64,000 nucleotides of DNA, from NCBI GenBank assembly GCA_964005815.1, contig CAXFSR010000023.1, positions 1 to 64,000 on the forward strand. The letters run 5' to 3'. This DNA comes from an uncultured Nitrospinaceae bacterium. GTDB taxonomy: Bacteria; UBA8248. This document shows positions 58,187-64,000 of this stretch, in pieces. Made by a program: the position numbers and the translations under genes. How positions within the stretch are numbered: the stretch's first letter is position 1; each line of letters begins with the position of its first letter. The notes below the pieces were generated by a model that ran no database searches, was not told the DNA's origin, and saw only the letters and a program-made list of their open reading frames with translations.

Positions 58187-58564
58187 TTATCCCTTTTGTC
58201 TTTTATAAAAAAACAAAACATCACCAAGCTCTTTGACTGTCTCTCCAAAACTTCTTTCCGCCATTTCTCTCTTTGCAATAATTACTATGTCGAAGCCGCT
58301 TTTCAGGCCAGGAAAAATATCTTTAAAAGCTTCTCTCAAAACCCTTTTTACACGATTTCTTTTGACTGAATTTCCAACCTTTTTAGAAACGACAAGGCCC
58401 AAGCGAGTCTCCTCATGAGAGCTTCTGTGTACATAAAGAGAAAACGATCGAGACTGCAGCCTTTTCCCTTTTTTTGCGGCAACAAAATCACAAGAAGAAC
58501 GTATCCGGTGTTCAGGCGGAAATCTCAAGGGGTTTTTCCTTCTCAAACAAGAAGTTGGCATCAC
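58187..58564 (-). CDS. rnpA: Ribonuclease P protein component
   Basis: RLGLVVSKKVGNSVKRNRVKRVLRE, DIVIIAK. Confidence 0.94.
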   Translation of the reverse strand: MMPTSCLRRKNPLRFPPEHRIRSSCDFVAAKKGKRLQSRSFSLYVHRSSHEETRLGLVVSKKVGNSVKRNRVKRVLREAFKDIFPGLKSGFDIVIIAKREMAERSFGETVKELGDVLFFYKRQKG

Positions 58565-58567
58565 TTT

Positions 58568-58708
58568 TTAGCCAGAAACCGTTAAGCGCTTTCTTCCCTT
58601 GCCCCGTCGGCGATTAATAATAGACCTCCCACCGGTGGTTGACATCCTCTTTCTAAAACCGTGGGTCTTAATTCTTTTGTTTCTGTTTGGCTGATAAGTT
58701 CTTTTCAC
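58568..58708 (-). CDS. rpmH: 50S ribosomal protein L34 (not in ORF track)
   Basis: GAGGTG SD, GTG start; [46 protein letters not shown]. Confidence 0.97.
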   Translation of the reverse strand: MKRTYQPNRNKRIKTHGFRKRMSTTGGRSIINRRRGKGRKRLTVSG

Positions 58709-58925
58709 CCATCACCTCAAAAATAATTTTAATAAGAAAAACTGATGCAAAGTATCTGACAAGGGTTGCTTTTGTCAAGGAAAGTTAAACAAAACCATCT
58801 TCGCTCTATTTAAAGAAAAAGAAAAAGTTGTGGTTTGAAAATTTCTTGAGTATTTATAAAAATAACTTGTTGGTTTTTTTGTCTAAAATTGTTAGATTAA
58901 TGAGCATTAATTAAATCCTTTCACA

Positions 58926-60257
58926 GTGAAAAAAATGATAGAAGCCTGGGACAACTGTTTGCTTGAAATAAAAAAAAGCGTTTCTGAAGAAGCGTTTGAA
59001 AGGTGGTTCAAAAACACAAAACCAATATTAATAAACCAAAAAGAACTTTTTATTGAAGTGCCTGATTCTTTTTGTGCCGAAACTATTATTGTCCGTTTTT
59101 CAAAAATTATAGAAGAAGTCGTTAGCCTTGAGGATTCCATATCCGGACTCAGGTTTGTTCCCTCAAAAGTGCAAAAAAAACATCAAATTAAAGAAGAGGT
59201 TGTGCCAGAAAAACCGCCCAACAAAGCCCAAAAACCTAAGTTTTTAAATCCCAAGTATTCTTTTGGTAGTTTCGTAGTGGGAGCATCAAATGAATTTGCC
59301 CATGCCTGCAGCCTCCAAATCACCGAAGACACAACGAAAAATCTCAATCCACTTTTTATATACGGGGGGGTTGGTCTTGGCAAAACCCACCTCCTTCATG
59401 CGATAGCGCACCAGGTGTTAGAAAAAAAACAGAGAGCAAAGGTTTTTTACACGTCTTCTGAAAACTTTATAAACGATTTGATTTCGTCAATACAAAAAAA
59501 CAAAATGGTAGATTTTAGATCAAGATACAGAAAAATAGACTTTCTATTAATTGATGATATTCAATTCATAGCAGGCAAAGAAAGAACCCAAGAAGAGTTT
59601 TTTTTCACATTTAACGCGCTGCATGAGTCTGGAAAGCAAATTATAATGACTAGCGATAAAAACCCCAAAGACACCCCGGGACTAGAGGAGCGGCTAAAAG
59701 CAAGGTTTGTTTGGGGAATAATGGCTGATATTGGGCCTCCAGATTTTGAGACAAAGGTTGCGATAATCCAAAAAAAAGCTTCGGAGCTTAATTTTGATAT
59801 TAAAAAGGATGTTGCTCATTTCATAGCAGAAAAAGTTCGATCAAACATCAGAGAGCTGGAGGGGTGTCTTGTGAAGTTGGTCTTTCATTCCTCTCTTCAC
59901 GGAACAGAGATAAACATAGACGACGCAAAAGAAATACTCAAAAACACCCTTAGAGACCCACAAAAAGGAGTATCGGTCGACGAAATTCAAAAAATAGTTG
60001 CGGAGTTTTTTCAGGTTAGAGTTTTAGATCTTAAATCAAAAAACAGGGCCAGAATATTTGCCGAACCAAGGCAAATCGCAATGTATCTTTCAAGAAAGTT
60101 TTCTTCGGCTTCAACTACAGAGATAGGAACAAGGTTTGGCGGCAAAGATCATTCAACAGTCATACACTCAACAAACAAAATAACAAAACAAATAAAAGAA
60201 AACACCGCGATCGCCTCAACCGTAAACTCTTTAATTGAAAAAATAGAAACATTGTGA
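58926..60257 (+). CDS. dnaA: Chromosomal replication initiator DnaA
   Basis: LNPKYSF..FVVG..N, NPLFIYGGVGLGKTHL, LLIDDIQF, TQEEFF, NIRELEG, RQIAMYL, GGKDHSTV. Confidence 0.98.
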   Translation: MKKMIEAWDNCLLEIKKSVSEEAFERWFKNTKPILINQKELFIEVPDSFCAETIIVRFSKIIEEVVSLEDSISGLRFVPSKVQKKHQIKEEVVPEKPPNKAQKPKFLNPKYSFGSFVVGASNEFAHACSLQITEDTTKNLNPLFIYGGVGLGKTHLLHAIAHQVLEKKQRAKVFYTSSENFINDLISSIQKNKMVDFRSRYRKIDFLLIDDIQFIAGKERTQEEFFFTFNALHESGKQIIMTSDKNPKDTPGLEERLKARFVWGIMADIGPPDFETKVAIIQKKASELNFDIKKDVAHFIAEKVRSNIRELEGCLVKLVFHSSLHGTEINIDDAKEILKNTLRDPQKGVSVDEIQKIVAEFFQVRVLDLKSKNRARIFAEPRQIAMYLSRKFSSASTTEIGTRFGGKDHSTVIHSTNKITKQIKENTAIASTVNSLIEKIETL

Positions 60258-60462
60258 ATAAGATGTGTTTTTTTGTGCGCAAGTGTTTAAAAAACACAAA
60301 AACCACAGACTTATTAACAGTATAAACAACATATTAACAAAAAAACAGCCCCTATTTTTTTGTTAAACAATTGATATGCTTGGCTTATTATAGTTTTCAA
60401 CAAAACAAACAGCACTACTACTGCTACTATATATATATATTATTACTAATAAATAATAGAAA
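60253..60462. other. Chromosomal replication origin (oriC) with DnaA boxes, DnaA-trios and AT-rich DUE
   Basis: TGTGAATAA (60253-61, TTATTCACA on the minus strand). Degenerate boxes TTATTAACA 60311, ATATTAACA 60331, TTTTCAACA 60394. CTA CTA CTG CTA CTA at 60415-60429, then an (AT)n tract. Confidence 0.82.
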
Positions 60463-61581
60463 TTGGGGAAAACCCTGAAAATAAAGTCAGTCAAACTTAA
60501 GAACTTTAGAAACTATGAATCTTTAGGGACAAAGTTTCACCCTAAGCTTAACTACATTTTTGGAAAGAACGGCTCCGGAAAAACAAACCTTATAGAATCA
60601 ATTTATTTTTTAACAAACCTAAAATCATTCCGAACAAAAAAAAGATCAAGCCTAATTAAAAAAAATACAAACGCAATGTATGTAGGGGGAGTTTTTTCCG
60701 ATGACGACATGAGCAAAGATGTTAAATTGGAAGCTTCGCTTTTTGAACAAAAAAGAGTTTATAAACTAAACAACAAAACAGAACAGAACTTGATCGATTA
60801 TCTGAAATCAGTCAACACAATGGTTTTTTTTCCGGACAGCCTGCGCATAATTAAAGATAGTCCCCTTTTTAGGAGAAATTTTTTTGACAGAGCTATTTCC
60901 TCCATTGACCCAACCTACTTACTTGAAAGTAAAGAGTATTCAAGAATTCTAAGAGAGAGAAACAAAATCCTTAAAAACAACGGTGACGACAGATTGTTAG
61001 AGGTTTGGAATAGTCGATTTTTTTCTTGTGCCTCAAACATCTTTAAAAAAAGAACAGCCTTTCTAGAACTCCTTAAGCAAAAAATAAGCCCCCTAAAAAA
61101 AACACTCAACATAAACAAAAACATAGAGATTTTCTACTCAAAGAGTTTAAAGTATTCTCACAAAAAAAACACAGAAACATTAGCCTACGAAATAATCAAA
61201 GAAGAGTATGAAAAAAACAAAGAAGAAGAAAAAATAAAAAAACAAACATGCTTGGGTCCACATTTGGATGATTTTGTTATATATTTAGACGGTGACAGTT
61301 CTAGAGAAAACGCATCACAGGGGGAGCAAAGGCTAGTTATAATTTTAATCCTGCTCGCCGTTTCGGATGTTTATAGAGAAGTTTCAGAAGAAAACTTAAT
61401 ATATCTTTTTGATGATATGAGTTCCGAACTAGATCGTGAAAAAAGACAAAGTGTGATAGAGTATTTAATGTCTAGTGATTCACAGGTTTTTATAACCTCG
61501 ACAGAAAAACCAGAAACAAAAAACCCGCCCGAAGCGTATTCCCTTTTTGACCTAGATTTAGGAGGGGGAATAATTCGTTAA
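60463..61581 (+). CDS. recF: DNA replication and repair protein RecF
   Basis: NFRNY, GKNGSGKTN..E, SFRT, RRNFFD, GPH.DD, SQGEQR, LFDD..SELD, QVFIT. Confidence 0.95.
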   Translation: MGKTLKIKSVKLKNFRNYESLGTKFHPKLNYIFGKNGSGKTNLIESIYFLTNLKSFRTKKRSSLIKKNTNAMYVGGVFSDDDMSKDVKLEASLFEQKRVYKLNNKTEQNLIDYLKSVNTMVFFPDSLRIIKDSPLFRRNFFDRAISSIDPTYLLESKEYSRILRERNKILKNNGDDRLLEVWNSRFFSCASNIFKKRTAFLELLKQKISPLKKTLNINKNIEIFYSKSLKYSHKKNTETLAYEIIKEEYEKNKEEEKIKKQTCLGPHLDDFVIYLDGDSSRENASQGEQRLVIILILLAVSDVYREVSEENLIYLFDDMSSELDREKRQSVIEYLMSSDSQVFITSTEKPETKNPPEAYSLFDLDLGGGIIR

Positions 61582-61597
61582 GCCCGTAATTTTTTAG

Positions 61598-64000
<2,403 letters not shown>

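Overview
AT-rich bacterial chromosome segment covering the replication-origin region: parB-parA-parS-mnmG-mnmE-...-yidC-yidD-rnpA-rpmH / dnaA-oriC-recF-gyrB. It also holds a heme-copper oxidase operon, housekeeping genes, tungstate uptake and several small catabolic clusters. The gene mix (TAXI/TRAP, luciferase-like monooxygenase, UGSC family, TupABC, sigma-54 activator) suggests an aquatic deltaproteobacteria/Nitrospinota-like lineage; this is inference only. No rRNA, tRNA, CRISPR array or mobile element was seen. The ORF track misses several things. (1) Three genes have an in-frame TGA exactly at a catalytic-Cys position, each followed by a SECIS-like hairpin whose loop starts 20-21 nt downstream: an O6-alkylguanine alkyltransferase with PUHR, a UGSC-family protein and a membrane-anchored DsbA-like UxxC protein. 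The first two lie in one co-directional cluster with an acyl-CoA dehydrogenase, an enoyl-CoA hydratase and a thiol-dioxygenase-like cupin. (2) A complete sigma-54 promoter (repeated TTACGA-N4-TCGTAA palindromes, IHF-like site, -24/-12) precedes a roughly 110-nt structured, terminated transcript, either an sRNA or a Pro-rich leader above rimK-proA. (3) oriC carries DnaA-trios, dnaN is displaced about 19 kb from dnaA, and there are two parS sites. (4) Also present: a PTPS-II plus sepiapterin-reductase-like pair, a split NAD synthetase, tandem 75-aa membrane paralogs and several unannotated small ORFs.
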